Source: Chrysomallon squamiferum (lineage: Eukaryota > Animalia > Mollusca). From it: a DNA stretch of 64,000 nt. The stretch is from the NCBI GenBank assembly GCA_012295275.1, contig CM022665.1:42532001-42596000 (forward strand). Reading direction: 5' to 3'. The notes under the pieces are model-generated. The model searched no databases. It was not told the DNA's origin and worked only from the letters and a program-made list of their open reading frames with translations. A program made the translations under genes and the position numbers. Positions 1-14,010 of this stretch are shown here, one piece after another (within the stretch, counting starts at the first letter, position 1; each line of letters begins with the position of its first letter).

Positions 1-146
1 ACATGAATAAGGAGGTTACGAACTGCAGTTAAATTGCTACATGTTTACATTATCATCCAAAGATTAATTCTTAAGTAAAATTTTAATACAATTCTATTTG
101 TTGTGTCAGAAGAAAAAGCTATCAGAAGTATTATAAATTTATTTAC

Positions 147-311
147 CTTTTCATCAATCCAAGTTTCCACTCCATCTGCCTCATTGAAGAGCTTGTACAG
201 CGAAAGTGCATCAAGTAACCTTTGTTTTCTGATTTTGGCCAGTTCCAGAAGTTCTTGGTAACGGCGGTCAATGCTACCAAGACGACTCTGGACATCAGGT
301 GATTCACGGTC
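147..311 (-). CDS. SPTBN1: Beta-spectrin coding exon 15 (spectrin repeat)
   Basis: tttag|[55 protein letters not shown]|gtaaat. Confidence 0.93.
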
Positions 312-3300
312 CTAAAAAATATTTTATATTTATAATAAAGTTTCAATAGTAGCTACCTAGATCAAGTTTTTATCCACATGTCTAGTTATTTAACTTTACT
401 GTAATTATCAAACATTACAACAGACTGCACAGACTTTTCATTTGATGTAAAAGGTGAATTGGCAAGATTATAGACGAGGGTATTTAATTTTATTAAATTA
501 TAACACAACTAAGACAACAGGATAGTATTCTGACCTTTAATAATAAACCACTGACGTAAAAACCACATATGATCCTTTAAAATAACAAACTGGCAGTCTT
601 TGATTTATACTGAATTAAAATGTATTCTTACACATTTCACCAAACATACACTAGCTCAGACAGTTCATAAACTATAAGTAACATGTTGGCACTGTGTTTA
701 CACATGAAAATAAAGATTCTGAGGGTCATAGTAAGACTTACTTGTTCTCCGAGGCTGGCAGCCTGTTCATGAAGGGCCTCAATAACACTCTGGTAGTTCT
801 TAAGGTCATCAGTTACTTCCTGCAAGAAAAATAATTAAAATTTACCTAACAGATTGTGTTTATGATTTTATTATTTCTTTTTTAAAACATTTAGTCTTGT
901 TTCTTTTTTGCTACTTGAATATATATGAAGGCCCATCTTTACTATACAGTGAATTCACTACAATATAATAGCTGGAAGTGACCCAGTCATGATCACTGAA
1001 GACTAAATCAATACCACATTTAAAAGACAATGCTTGGCTCAAGATTAACATTCACCATGCACTTATTTGTTACTTGATATTCACAGTAAATCTCAGGTGA
1101 CTGCATAGTATGGACACCCATCTAATATACCATCAATAACAATCTAAGACTAGATTTTTTTTTTTTTTTTAAATAGATTAATTGTTTTGGTTTGCTTTGG
1201 TGTTGATCTCTGCATTTCTGAATTTTAGCAATATATGAAATAATAATTCATATGTGTTTCACATATTATGTTAGCTTTAATACAGTATCAAAAATTTCAT
1301 ACAATACTATATTAAATATTTTATTATTAAATTTCTATAAAGACTAAATGTGTTTACAGTTGTCTTACTTTGTGTTTCTTCAGCAGGAACTGTACACTGG
1401 CTTCATCCTTCCCAACATCCTCACTTGAAACAAGACGCAGTGTGTCAACCATCCAGACATCAACATCATCAGCATCAGCAAAGAACTGAAAATTTATCAA
1501 TTATTTAGAACTTTTTCTAATACAAAAATTCAAATAATGAATTATATTTTTAATGCAATTTCTACTTATTAATTTATAATCCCAATGATTGAAAAAAATA
1601 ATTAAAGATTAAAAATTCAAAAAAGATTTCTCATTGGCTTCATCCAGCTAACATGCAATTACGAAATTTATACTTGTACATAAAATATCTGAAAATTATT
1701 ACAAAAACATATGTTTTAATGTGTTTTAATGAAGAAATCCTGTAATACCTGGTAGAAGTCAACAGCCTCATTAAGGCGTTTTTTACGAAATGCCGCCAGA
1801 TCAATGAGACTTTCCCACTGCTGGTTGATCTCATCTGTGCGACTCTGTATCTTGTCTGCACCGAAATTCCCAGCACTGATGAGGTCATTGCCGACTTCCA
1901 GGACAGACTGCAGGTGACTGTGCCGGGCAGTCATCTCGTCTTCCATGGCCTGAATAAACAGATTACGGTTAATAACAACCTAAGCTTTCAACAATAAACA
2001 AATTTAGTTTAACCCGTTCATACATAAAATTTGTTTTCAGCAATAAAAACAAATAAGTAAACCTGTTGTTAATAATAATAGCTCATATGAAATTATACTA
2101 CTTATTTTATACACATAAGATTAAATATGGATTTTCTTGTTTCAGAGTTAAAAATTAATTATCTATTTTTACTTAAATATCATTCTTTAAATAACAAATG
2201 AATTTTATAGATTAATTCAAAATAAAATCATGTTTTTGGGTTTTTTTTAATAATATACCTTGTGTTTGTTGAGGAGCAAGTGAACACTGGTAAGGTCGTG
2301 GCCAAGGTCAGGTGATGACATCAACTGTTCCTTCTCTCTAATCCATCCCTCCTCGTCAGCCATGTCCCAGTAGAACTGCCACATTTTGCGAGACTCCTCG
2401 AGTCGGGCACGGCGTTCAGCTGCAAGCTCATTCAGTTCATCATACGCAGCATTCAAAGTGGACTTTCTTTCTTTCACCACTTCTGGGTCGCAGGGAAGGA
2501 AGCCTAAAAACATACACAAATTTATGTAACAGAGGGGGTTTTTTTGTTGTTTTTTTTATCAAATTTTATTCTTTATTTTGAGAAAAATATAAAAGTACTG
2601 ATAATTAAAAAAAAATAAAATAAAATAAAATCTAGTAAAATGAAATCAAAATCAAACAAAAATATTAAAAGACAATTTGCTGATATTTTCTTCAAAATCT
2701 CAAACTTAAAAATATGCATTTTGATTCATTACATATCCAGCCAATAGCCAATTTTTTTTTTTTTTTTACTGGGCCTGGGATGTTGTTAAACAACCAGTCA
2801 TTGCCACATACCTCCTAACTCCTGGGAATCATCATCAATGAACTGAGATGCGGAATTGTTGACCATTTTCACTCGTTCTCCAACAACGTGGATGTCGGCT
2901 TCGAGGAGACTGTGTTTCTGTAGCAGATCCTCGACTCCCATCAAGTGTTTTCCGTAGTCTTCAGACATCAGTCTAGCCTTGATTTCCTCCATCCAGTCAA
3001 GTATGTAGAGCATTTCCTGGAAGATCTTCTGCAGGTTCAGAGTCATCTGGAGGCGCATTCGACGGGTACGGAGCAACTCCAGCAGGTACTTCCACAGTCG
3101 AAGAACATTTTCTTTCCTAGTAAAATATTTATGATAAGTATTATTTAAAAAATCCATAAACATTAATCCACACAAATTAATTAATTTATTTTTATTATAA
3201 ATTTAATAAAGACCTGCTGAAAAGCATTTGTGAAAAACTGATAGCATTTCTAATGATATTTATTCTAATGATATTTATTAATCCACATAAATACAAAATA

Positions 3301-5149
3301 TATTCCATTACCAAAAAGTTTCAAGTACTATTTTGCATACATTTTGATTTCAGATTTACCACATTAGACATACATACCTTTTGACTGTTTCAAGACTGAT
3401 CTGAAACAAATTTTCCAGGTTACTTATAAATAATTTTAACTCACCTTGCATTTATTCTGTCAATATCATGATAGTTTTCTTGGTCAAGCTCCATCGCCAC
3501 GGAGACAACAGCCTGTACACGTTCCTCATAGGCGTTGATGTCAGTCTCGATGGCTTCATGTTTCTTTGTGGCTGCTTCCACGGCCGCTAAGTCGCGTCCA
3601 AAGTTGTCCTGAGACACGAGACGCTGATTTTCACTCAGCCAGGTTTCACGCATGCCAGCTTTTCTGTCAAATCGAGCTGCAAGCTGTTCCAGTTTCTCTT
3701 GTCTGGAATAAAAAAATAAATAAAATAAAATAAATACATAAATAAATAAATGCATAAACTGAAGCTTTTTTTGCAAACAAAACTGAAACTGCATCTAATC
3801 TTGTGTATACCTCGACATATCAAAAAAATAAATAAATAAATAAATTTGTGAACTGACAAACACTGAATAAAATAAATTTAAAATACATTTGTTTATTCCT
3901 TAATATAATAAAAATATATAAAACCTTGCAAAAGTTCTGCAAAGTTTCCCAAAGAAGTCATTCCAGTGCTATTTTCAGCACATCATAAAAATCCCTGTTA
4001 TATCTGTAATTCAACATAACACACCTTCCACAAAATTGGTTTTCCAGTGAAGAATAAAAAAAAACGCAATTTATAAATTCAGAAAATAATATAATCATAG
4101 TACAGCAACATATTTTAATTATTAATAACCAACAGCATCTGACTTAATTGAAGATGCCATGGGGTCGATAATCTGACATTATAAAACTATAAAGACTTTT
4201 ACCTGATCAGTTCTTCTCGGAGCGCAAGCTCTCTTTCATGTTCAGCTTTTTCCAGTTTTTCCCAAGCTTTGTTTATATCTGAAAGCATTTTCCCTTCTTT
4301 TGGAAAGTATGGCCGCTGGTTGTTGGCACGCATTTTACTCTGCAGGGTGAACAGAAGAATCTCAAGGTTGCCCTTCTCGTCAAATCTGAAAATGAAACAC
4401 ATTTAATTATTAAAATATTCTTTTAATTTTATAATACTATATTTCTGTGACTTTTTAAATCATTATTCTTAGGGAAATAATTCCCATAATGTGTTAATAA
4501 AGTGTTTTATTTTATTTTTGACAACAAAACTTACTTGGGAGGTTTTTCTACAACACGGTAGGTGCTAAAAGCTGCTAGTTGTTGTTGTACACCAGTGAGG
4601 GAGTTGGCAAACTGTCGGTCATTCAGAATGACAATGGTCTGCTCAATCCATTCCAACAGATCTGATGTCAAACTCTCATACTCATCTACCATCTTTTCTG
4701 ACTCCAGTGTGTTGTCAATCACCTAAAACAAGACAACAAAATAATGTTAGTTTGTTATAATTATTGCAATAAAATAACTTTCACAAAAATAATCAATAAA
4801 TAAATATAACAATATTAAACTAATCAGTCATGTAAAATCATAAATATAAAACAAATATAGAATTTTTTCATATATACATTTTTTTGAAAACTGTCCAGTG
4901 ATGTTTGGGCATTACTGTAATAAATAAAAATCATTACAAAATGCTTTGATGGTCTTTTTATTTTGTTATAGTTAATAGAACTGTATTCTAACCGTTTATA
5001 CAGATTCAGTCAGTTAACAATCTGTTACATCCAGAAGATGATATCATTCACATTATGATTTTGGCAATAGATATACAACATAAAAAACCAACCCAGAAGA
5101 TAAACAATTTTAATTTTATATATATCTAGACATACAGACACAGATGCAG

Positions 5150-5180
<31 letters not shown>

Positions 5181-8100
5181 GCACACTTTAAATAAAAAAA
5201 GCTTTTAATAGTTTAATATTTACCTTTCCAATTCGTTTTCCATGGACAGAATCAGCTTTCATCTTGGAGAAGTAATGATAGTATGTGACCACATAGGTGA
5301 TGATTGACTTCTCATCAGGGTATTCCACATTGACATCTGCAAGATATTTTCAATATCCATCGTAATCACACAAAACAAAACATTTCAAAATTCTGTACAG
5401 TGCATAATTAAAAGAAAACTTTCCTTCAGAAAGCAAATTCTATTATCTTTTTTCTATAAAACATTTAAGTAAGAGATCGACACTTTAATGATCATGGATC
5501 GGGTAAATGAAGGTTAACTTCATAGGAATGAAGGTGAAAACAGAACTGATCAAGTACAAAACACTGCAAGGTAGACACTTGATATGTACAAACAAAATGT
5601 ATTTCTTGACAGTGTAAGATCTCTATCAACACGGAACAATCTTTCATCTTTTGGTATCAATTTGGAGACAAGTTATTTTAGTCAAGCAAAGAGAAGGAAG
5701 AATGTTTTTTATTCATTCTTTATTTATCTAATGACAATCTTTTAAACATGAACCCAGAAAGAAAACAAAGAAATATTATGACAACAACGAACTTTGCATA
5801 GTGTTAGGTAAAATGATAAATGTCTAACAATGACAAAAATAATATTCTTACAAAGTTTTGCATGCATACCGAAACTTCCTTTTTATTTTTTATTGTATAA
5901 ATTCTTATTATAATTATTATTATTATTATTATTATTATTTGTTATTTTCCATGAATGCTAAAAAGAATTACCTTCAGGATCAAGAAGTCTTGAAAGTCCA
6001 AGTTTTTCTTCAGCCACACCGAATGCATTGTCCAGATTGTGCATGGCATTGGATTTCTGAAGTTTTTCATACTGAATGAGGTCAGGTCTGCAATGGAAAA
6101 GATATTAATTTTAATCATTTTGCTCATACTGGCAAAATCCTGAAAATTAAATTAACCTAGATATTTGAATGAAATTCATTGTCCGTCTACATTTATATGA
6201 ACTGTTTAACAAATTTAATTCTGTTGCCAATTTTATTTTTAATTTTTTTAATTCTACTACTGATAATCATTACAAAATTATTCAAAATTATTAAAAAATA
6301 ATGGCCATTTTGTAAAATGTAAAAAAAAATATATCTACACACACCACCACACACTCGTACTATTTATTTTATCATCTAGTATAAATGTTTTAAAAATTAG
6401 TTACATTAGCAAGAAACCGTGCTAAATTATCTGAAAAGAACTAAAATATGGTATGTTAATTCAGAACATACGATTCAAAACTTTCTACATACATTAACAG
6501 AACTTGAGTTAAGTATCATATATGCAAATATATTTTTCTCTTACCCAAATAATAATAAAAAAAAATTCCAAATAAATGTGTGTTTACATATAAATGAAAT
6601 ATGCAGAACCTTAATTTCCATAACAAAATTGTGTTTTCCTCCTCCATTTATTGAACTTGTAAGAGACCATTTTCATATATTGATTATTGATCTATTATGG
6701 GCTATTATTTTATGTTAAACATTCAGAATCCATTCTTCTGCCCATTGTGCCAAAACCAGCTCTACAATCAATGTATAAAGGCTCCTCTTTACATTTGTTG
6801 ATTACTATCCCTTCATAAGATATTTTTGAATATCTAAATAAAATAAAATATTCCCTGTCCATTTCTACGACTTTGCTGCTGAGCATGAAAGCTGTGACCA
6901 CTGCGAGTTGATAAATAATTTATAAATAAACCTTTGAAAGGATTAGATTATCAGATGTGTCAGCATATGCAAAATAATTATAACATATGGTCTGGTGGGG
7001 AAATAATCAGACAGCTGCTGCTGTTCTGTGTATTGTTTTGGGGCCATTAAATAAATTTTATTACAGGAATTCAAATTAATAAAATTGAAAATTTGTATTT
7101 TTTAAATTTTATTTTATTATTATTTTTTAAATAAATATTTGTTAACTAATAACTGTCTGATTATTTATTTGCATTTGTCATTTATATTTAATAAACATCT
7201 ATGTGCAAAATGAAAACTGTTCTAAAATATAGATTTTAAGGAAAGGCAAGGTTTAATATTTCCTCCATCCAAATAACCATGTATTAAGACATAGAATCAA
7301 CAGCTGAATGAAAATATTATTAAATAAGTAACACTGAATTTTTTTTTCACCAGCAATGCCAATGCAGACAGACATCTCATTGTTTTACAAAGAAAAAAAT
7401 TCCTTCCATTTTTATTCAACACAAGAATGAGATCTTTGTGTGTGCAACTAACACTACTTACAAAAATAATAGTAATTTACAGAGCTCAAAGAGCTTTGTT
7501 TGTTTGTAAAAGCTTTTTGTGAGACACGCCTGAGTCCTTATTATTAACTCTGTGGAAAAGCAAAGCCAAAGAATGCAAATATCTGGCATTCGAGGTATTC
7601 CCGTTTCCATGGAAACTAAAATAAACTAATGTCAGCATGGAAAAAATGGTTGCCGACAGACCTGCAGCTATGTTTACTAGCAGGTGAACAAATAAGAGTA
7701 GCTGTTGTACAATTCTTCACCTTTCCAGTTAGGTATTGCAGTTTATTACATTAAACATGTACATATAAAACATAATAATCACCAAAAAGCTGCAGATAAA
7801 TATTCAAATATACAAAAGCGTTTAAAAAAAAAGAAAGAAAATAAATAAAAATAAAAACACATAAAGAAGACATGCACTTTCCCGTCTCAATAAAATTTAA
7901 AAATAAAATAAAAAAAATAAAATAGAAATATTATTTTGTCACTTCAGGTTTTATAATTTTTAAATACCATAATAAGCAGAACTGTGCTTTGTTTCACAAA
8001 ATTAAAAAAATGTTGTGTGAAAAAACAGTAAAATTTAAATATCTGAAGTTACTGATAAGTTACAAGGCAACAGCAAAGCAATACAGGCATTTGATTCAAT

Positions 8101-11100
8101 GTTCTATTTAAATGCACTTGACTGTTTCAAGGTGAAAGCATACAGGTCAGTCTGTACCTCTAGATAATACGTAATATTTTATACGTGCGGGCACTGCACC
8201 AGTCTCAACATGTAACTAAATTTAATGTGAACAACGAAAGCTGACAGCATCAAAAAGGTTTATTGAGTAGTGAGTGCAATTTCCGCCTGTAGCAAAAAAA
8301 GGTCAGGATTAATAATAGCTGAGGGAGGACCAGACAGACACAAGATGGGATATGATTCATGTAGCAACACCAGTTTTTACACAGATCAATGGATGAATCA
8401 ATGGAAACGGGATACAACAGCTAGTTTCAGATTAGACCAGTGTGCACAGATGTTCCAATCAAAGTATTTTTATCACAGCCTTTGTATATATAAAAATATA
8501 TGGTTCTGTAGAATGATTATTAAAAAAATAAACTGAATATTATCTTCTCTGCAATAAACACATTTACAAATACATTGCGCCAGACTAACTACTATTAATT
8601 TCAAGAAGGAGCTGTAAAACTGTAACTGACAAGTAACATTATCTTGTTTCTTAATTTGCTTGTATTCTGGATCAATATCACAAGACTTTTTTTTAATGTC
8701 ATATAATATCACAACAATACTGAATATATTATACTCCTCTTAAATAGATAGCTAGGATGCAATTTTAATTTTTTGGGCTTGAAAATTACACATATGGTTA
8801 AGCCTTTGTTCAAATATAGCTTCTGCAATACACAGCAGTGCATATGACAGGAAAAATTGCAATCTTACAAACAAATACAAATTTTATCAATAAACATACT
8901 GAAAGGTAATAATAAAACTTTAAGCACATACAAATTCATTTCTTGACCATTAATTGAAACAGTATTAAAACAATATTTAAATTTTCTTATTTCATTAAAA
9001 AATACAAAAAAAAAAAAAAAAAAAAAAAACACATATACAAAAGTAATCCACATCATTTCATTCTAGCTTCTGTTTGACATCCGAAATATATATTTTAATG
9101 TAAAGAACATTTATCTTTTTTCTTCTTTTGGCATGTTTTTATATTGGTTTATGTGTACTGTTTCTCAATATAAAATATTACAAAAGCAAATTACAAGTTA
9201 TTAGATTAGTACATCTATTCAGAGTGTGTTATCAGATATAATTATATTATCTTAATAACTTCCTACCAACAGAGCCGGTCAAACTGTCACAATTTCTCCA
9301 GCCCAGTGTGATTAATTTTAACCCTTTAGCTGAGTTAGACTCTGCTGTCTAGACATATTTAAGAAAGACCAATTAAGCCAAACAGAAACCTATGTGCAAA
9401 ATCAATACTTATCCAAAATAATAACATGATATAAGATGTTATACCAATGACTATTAATAAAGCAGCACAAAGAAATAAACTAAAATAAATACCAGTTTTA
9501 AATTAATTTCCTTTTAATTAAAATATACACTGCATACACATCTGCAGCAGGAGGTAGCCATTAACTTTTTTGGTATTTGCTTTATTGTTGCATTATTCTC
9601 CAGGCATTTAATGTGCACATTAAAATAAATAAATACAAAAATAAATAAATAAACAAATAAAAATTGATAATAATAAAAAATAAATAATACAAAATATATT
9701 AAAAATAAACTAATAAATGTATTTTTTACATAAAAAAAAAAAAAACCAAGTGATTTTCATAGTTTCTATCTGACAGATTTTTCTTGAGGGGGGTGTTGAC
9801 TATCAAACTCTCCTGAACAGACAACCTTTATATTCTGCAGTCCCAAAATTAAAATAAACCTTGTAGAAAAAGTTACAATAGCAAACATGAGTCACCTGTG
9901 TTTGTGAATGAGAGCATTGAAGGCAAGGCCGTCCTTCCAGCTGGTAGTGAAGTTACGAACGTTGACGTTTGGGTAGCCAGCAGTCTTCATTTGGCACCAC
10001 AACAGCAAAGCATCCTTGGCTGACTTGGTTTCGCTGTTGTCGGTTTCTTCTATTGTAATGTCTTGAATCTTTATAAAAAAAAAAAAATGAACAGTTTCTT
10101 GTTAGATGAATATAAAGAAATCACTTATATTTTTTAAATTTCTTTTTTAAAAAATACAAGATAAAAAAAAAACAAAAAAATGTTAGAGGGAATTAGAGGT
10201 TAGCTTTAAAAAGTACAATAGTTAAAAAATAAAATGAATAAATAAAAAAAAAAAAAAAGATAAAGAGAGAAAGAGAGGTTTTGATCTTGATCATCACCAC
10301 TAACAGCTTTTAAACAGAAACAAATATTAAATCAATAGATTATTGTTAACAAGTCTTACCTGGAAACGCAAAATAATGGTCCATATCAAACCAAGTGTGA
10401 GTCTGTTGCTGCCGTCAACAATGTCGTGAGCTCCCATGTTCTCAAGATGGACTCTCTGTTCGTGAAGGAAGGAAAGTGCTTTGTCGACATTTTCCAAGCA
10501 GTGAATCCTCATCTTTCCTTTTGTGGGGCGAGGCTGAAAGAAAAAATAGCAATTCAAAATATAACTTACTTCATAAGAGGTTTAACAATTATATTTATAA
10601 ACATTATGTTCAACAAAACAAACCATTTCCCCACGTTGCTTTAAATCTAATTGTTTCAAATTCTGAATACAGCAGGTCAAAACAGATCAGAGGTGGACTT
10701 GGTTCAAACTCAAGTAATACATAGTGTTTTTGCATATTTGTTTTAGAAAATGCATGTTCATCCACATAAATAGATGTTGTGTTAGTACATACCAGTCTTT
10801 CTCCTGACAACACCTCCAACAGCTTCATCAGCATCTTGCCATCTCGGAGATCTACATACAGATCGTTGATCCGATTTCCTGTTCGTACAAGATGTGAGTT
10901 CACCCATTTCATAAATGTTTTCTTTTGGACATTTTCTCTCTCATCTACAAAGAAAAATATAATTATTTAAAAAAAAAAATGACAATTCTTAATTTTAATT
11001 CTAACAAATATTTGAAACTGCTTTTGTATTTGCTGTAAACAACAAAGTAAATATTAAAAATGCTTTTCACGAATATTTATTCTGGAATGAACATATGTAA

Positions 11101-12952
11101 GGTTTGGTTTTATATCTTTAATGCTCTTGACTATGTTACTTTCATGGTACCATTAGTATTATTGAACAGAGTGCTTAGCTTACTAAATGTCTGTAAAACC
11201 AACAAGATCTACATGGCCTCTCCAGGTGGTGTTTTATTAACTGTCAGTGAAATAAAATGAAGTTCATTAAAGGCTTTAGATTTGCCAGACTGTATCTACA
11301 GATGCAGAATTATGTCACACTATACTGGTAATGAATGTCAGTCAAGGTGATAACAACCGTCATTAAACTGGCTTCTTTTATTTCTTAATTCGGTTTCACT
11401 GATGGACAGCTCTTTTTTTCTAACAGTTGTCAGTGAATGTTGTCTTGTTACTGTGACTACAGAAGTAGTGCAGTAATCCTATTTTTGTTAAGTCTGTGCA
11501 AGTCAGTCTACTCACACCAAGTCTGGATTAATGACATGAAGCAGTCTGGGTCAGCTATCAATATTCAATTTATTTCAGCCAAAAATAAAGTCCCGAAATG
11601 AATCACCAGGTACTTTTGCAAAAATAAAACTGACAAGTGCACATAAGTATGTCTTTGGGGATAGTAAGAGCAATATGCTTTGTGTTTATACTAATTTGTT
11701 TATTTCTACATTCTACAATAGTTTTTATTAACCTAATTTTCCTAAATATTTTTCTTCATTAAAATTTCATCAGGTGCAATGTGCTTTCAGGTTTTTTTTT
11801 ACTAGATTTTATAATCAATTATTTTTTAATTTTCAATTATTTAACAGATTTTTTTTATTTTAATTTTTTATTTAACAGATTTTTTTTATTTTAATTTTTT
11901 ATTTAACAGATTTTTTTAGCCATGAAATGGAAAGGTAGTCACTGTTTTATTTATATTATTTTATAATTAAAACCAACTGGCAAAAAATTCTGATTATATA
12001 TAGCAATCTTTTACAAGTTAAAGAAACTTTTTTCAAGACTAGTTGTTTTCAACAGAACACATCTTTCATACACTTTCAAATTATAGGTGACACATAGATT
12101 ATTTATTATAAAATTTCTTTAAAAATTAAATTTATACATTGAAGTAAATTATCATTTTCTGACATGCCTAGCTTTCAACTGTCTTTTACCATATTTACCA
12201 AATACATGAGACATGCATTAGACTGTCTTAGAGATCTTTTCACACTATTCTGTTAAATGTTTGTGGCAAAAACATGTTACTTTCGTCATTTTGTGGCATT
12301 CTTCCAACTAGCATGTTCTTTATGGATATAAATTCTCTCTTCAGTGAAGGTTTCTATCCAAAATTATTGATTGTTTCTGCAGTTCTCTCCCCATGAATCA
12401 GAATATACCGTCTCATCTGGTATTTGTCTAATCTAGATTAATTTCAAAAGTTTCAAATTGCTAAACCAGTGGAATTGTCTAATGCAGTGTTATTTCGACA
12501 GTCACCTGAGGGTTTACTGTCTTGTTACATTTCAGGCAATGCTATCTGATACTGTTTGTATAAACCGATAATAAAATGATTATCTGACAGCAGACTATAA
12601 CAAGAGAGCTTCTGTGTTATCTCTTACAATCAACTACCCGGGAGAAGATTTTTATCCTATTAGTTGTGTATTATTCTTAAAAATGCAGTTTACATATTGT
12701 CTTTTTGTTACTGCTCAATATCATAATCTTTAACAAAATACAAATGTGTTAGTGCTATTACTGAAAACCAGCTTTACATTCATGTGCTATTTTTGTTTCC
12801 TCCCCTCTTAGGTCAAGATGACAAAATTAGGTGCAAAAAATAATACAGAATATTTTCACACTAAAAGGTAATTAAAGTTATAGGGTATATAATATTATGA
12901 AATTCAGATTAACAAAAATCAAAAACACATCGACATCAACTGACCTTTCTTA

Positions 12953-12998
<46 letters not shown>

Positions 12999-13971
12999 CA
13001 CCGATTCCTAGATTACCAAAATCTCGTGAGATACATACAATCTGTTTAAGAAATTTCTGTGTTCAGATAAGTTGTTTTTTAAACACCTTTTTGTTCAAAT
13101 TAATCTGAAATTTACTGACTGGTATGCAAAATAAATAGCATCCTAGGAGTAGTCAGCCACGAAAATATATTTTATTTTCTAGAGATAGAAATAATAATTG
13201 CCAGTAATAAAGTAATAACTGTTCTCTGCCTACATCGTGACATTTTGGCAAATAGGTATGATTCTATCTGATAAGCAGTTTCCTGCAGAGGTCATCATGA
13301 TGAAAATGTGCACGTTTTCCCACACATGACTGGGTAACTGACAATATGAAATTACATCACCTATCCAAAGCCACAGTTCACATAGATATTTATATATATA
13401 CATATAAAATAATCTGCATTTAATGTTTCCTGTAGTCTCCTGTTTGTTAGTTAAAAATATACCAGTTGCCAGCTTTATTAAAGAAGATATTTTTCAGAGG
13501 GATATTATTCAAAAGTTATTTCTTCTTTAATATTTATAAAAATTAAAAAAATATAAAAAAATAAAAATAAACATGATAGAAAAAATAGTCTTCAAAATAA
13601 TTTGTTTTCTCCCAAATTTATATTTATGGAAGCTCCGTTTCTTATGTTTTTAAATCTACTTTATAAAAAAATAAACAAAAACAAGCAATAATAAACATGC
13701 ATATCAATCTTTAAGTAATTACTTCTTTTCTTGTTTTTAAAATAAGGACCTGCTGTAATACCTGAAAATGTAATTTAATGGCTGGAACATGAAAGGGTTT
13801 TGTATGTTATTTTATTTCACCTGACAGCTGTCTTATCTTTCCTCTTATATTTCTTTCTGCAAGAAGGGATGCATCTCTTTCCATTGTTCTTTTTGAAACA
13901 AAGGGAAATTATCCACATGAATGCAATGTCTAAACCTCTCCAACAAGGCCACAAAAAAAAAAAAAAAGGGT

Positions 13972-14010
<39 letters not shown>

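Noticed and set aside
8471-8492. TATCACAGCC matching the miR-2 family 5' end
   Set aside because: The match stops after 10 nt and no precursor hairpin is evident.
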